A DNA stretch of 63,416 nucleotides, counting the filler, from Perkinsus chesapeaki ATCC PRA-425 (Eukaryota > Protista > Perkinsozoa): NCBI GenBank assembly GCA_013115145.1. It is 4 parts of 4 records of this genome, joined end to end, with 100 filler letters (N's around TTAATTAATTAA, not from the genome) between each part and the next. Parts side by side here need not be neighbours in the genome. Positions count along the whole stretch, not along the records: positions 62,022 to 63,416 come from JAAPAO010001986.1; 3 more parts are not named here. One strand, written 5' to 3'. This document shows, one piece after another, positions 62,333 to 63,416 of this stretch. A program made the position numbers and the translations under genes. Numbering within the stretch: the stretch's first letter is position 1; every line of letters starts with the position of its first letter. The notes beneath the pieces were generated by a model. It searched no databases and was not told the DNA's origin. It saw only the letters and a list, made by a program, of their open reading frames with translations.

Positions 62333-63416
62333 TTAAGCTAAGCTTGGAAGTATAGCAGACCACCAGGGGGGAAGTTTGACTGTGACGAGGGAGGAGTCGC
62401 TAGAGGTAGCTAGAAAGTCCAAACCTCTCGAAAGGGAGTCGGCAATATTCAGATCGGTTCGCACATGCGCAACGAAGATGTACATTATCCGTAATTCGGC
62501 TAACCGACGCCAAAAAAGGGAAATGGAACGACCCAATAAGTCTGAGCTACTGGATCCCTTGAGAATCAAAGACTCGCATGTAGTACTATCCGTGAACAAT
62601 AGAACGGGTCTATCACCGAACCAGAATTTGCACGTTTCGATACAAGACGCTGCGGCAACGAGCTCCAGAAGGTTGATGTGTGCCTCAATGTGATGAAGGT
62701 CTAATGAACCAACCAGTGCAGGCACACTAAATTGCTGTGGAGCGAAGACCCCTATGCCGTAAGAGGTGGATGCGTCTGCATAACAAATGAACGGTAGAAC
62801 GGAGGGTAGCGACACTTCAGACCTTAGGTTTCTTTTGAAAATACTGCAAGAGAAGAGATGTACCAGCAAGGACAACGAGTGTTGTAACTTAGTGTTGTCT
62901 ATATGTAGACCTAGAGAATGTCTGATTAACAAGCGCACAGGACCTCTTCCTAGCCGACCGAATAAGGCTTCACAAGCGAATGACAACCGGCCTGCGAACT
63001 TGGAGTCGATCAGAGAGGGGTTGGAGGCAGCATTGGTCAAATCTGTTAGCAAGCGCGCTTGTCTCAGTGGAGTGAGAGTAACTGTGCATCGACCTCCCAG
63101 TAGATTTATTCTCAGTCCAAGCAATTCGGTGTCTTCCGAAGGCAGGATAGTCTTCGAATGCTTTATTTTGGCCCCTGTAAGGTAGTTGAGGAAGTTAAAA
63201 AAGTCCAAGGCTGAAGAGCTACAGTCAGAAAATTCTACCGGGAAGAAATCATCCATGTAAGAAAAGCAGTTACTAAATCCTAGGCATCTCATCAGATGAC
63301 AATGGAACTCTGCTACTCTCAAGTAAGCAGTAACGCTGCCAACGGCCCCGAAGGGGCACACCAAAGGAACTACGAGCCTGTGGTCACCTTTCACTGTGCG
63401 GTACATACCAGCGGCC
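62333..63416 (-). CDS. Reverse transcriptase-RNase H (5' truncated by window end)
   Basis: CPFG, YMDD, ELLGL, RNase H YADAS, HINLLEL, FTDS, NIADSLSR typical of YR-retrotransposon RNase H. Confidence 0.9.
   Translation of the reverse strand, partial: AAGMYRTVKGDHRLVVPLVCPFGAVGSVTAYLRVAEFHCHLMRCLGFSNCFSYMDDFFPVEFSDCSSSALDFFNFLNYLTGAKIKHSKTILPSEDTELLGLRINLLGGRCTVTLTPLRQARLLTDLTNAASNPSLIDSKFAGRLSFACEALFGRLGRGPVRLLIRHSLGLHIDNTKLQHSLSLLVHLFSCSIFKRNLRSEVSLPSVLPFICYADASTSYGIGVFAPQQFSVPALVGSLDLHHIEAHINLLELVAAASCIETCKFWFGDRPVLLFTDSTTCESLILKGSSSSDLLGRSISLFWRRLAELRIMYIFVAHVRTDLNIADSLSRGLDFLATSSDSSLVTVKLPPWWSAILPSLA

Larger units (their letters stand above)
62022..63416 (-). mobile_element. Tyrosine-recombinase (DIRS/Ngaro-type) retrotransposon fragment
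   Basis: Intronless RT-RNaseH ORF immediately followed by a putative YR ORF; both truncated by contig ends. Confidence 0.85.

Overview
Eukaryotic, intron-rich genomic DNA (many 40-60 nt GT-AG introns). It most resembles an alveolate protist such as Perkinsus; this is inferred from the bifunctional DHFR-TS, intron style, S28 peptidase, cathepsin B and axonemal dynein. Three artificial 100-nt N-TTAATTAATTAA-N linkers split the window into four contigs (1-31719, 31820-60273, 60374-61921, 62022-63416) that need not be adjacent. Contig 1 holds housekeeping genes: DHFR-TS, a TBC1D5-like Rab-GAP, a SMYD-like SET protein, an S28 peptidase, Yippee, a FAM194-like protein, and a DHHC palmitoyltransferase with an antisense tRNA-Gly(CCC) apparently in its first intron. 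Contig 2 is dominated by the main discovery, a >25 kb gene starting at 34501. Manual splicing gives 28 phase-consistent exons (4845 nt, 1615 codons) encoding 3 TIR-like domains, EF-hands, armadillo repeats, a Tudor-like domain, 2 PA14 domains and a 7-blade WD40 propeller. These run in frame, from within the last WD40 exon, into the tail and AAA motor of a single-headed-type axonemal dynein heavy chain. An intronless TFIIB-type Zn-ribbon gene sits head-to-head with it, and a ~20-nt motif recurs in its introns. Contig 3 carries a cathepsin B 3' end. Contig 4 is a DIRS/Ngaro-type tyrosine-recombinase retrotransposon fragment. All exon models were read by eye and no database search was run.
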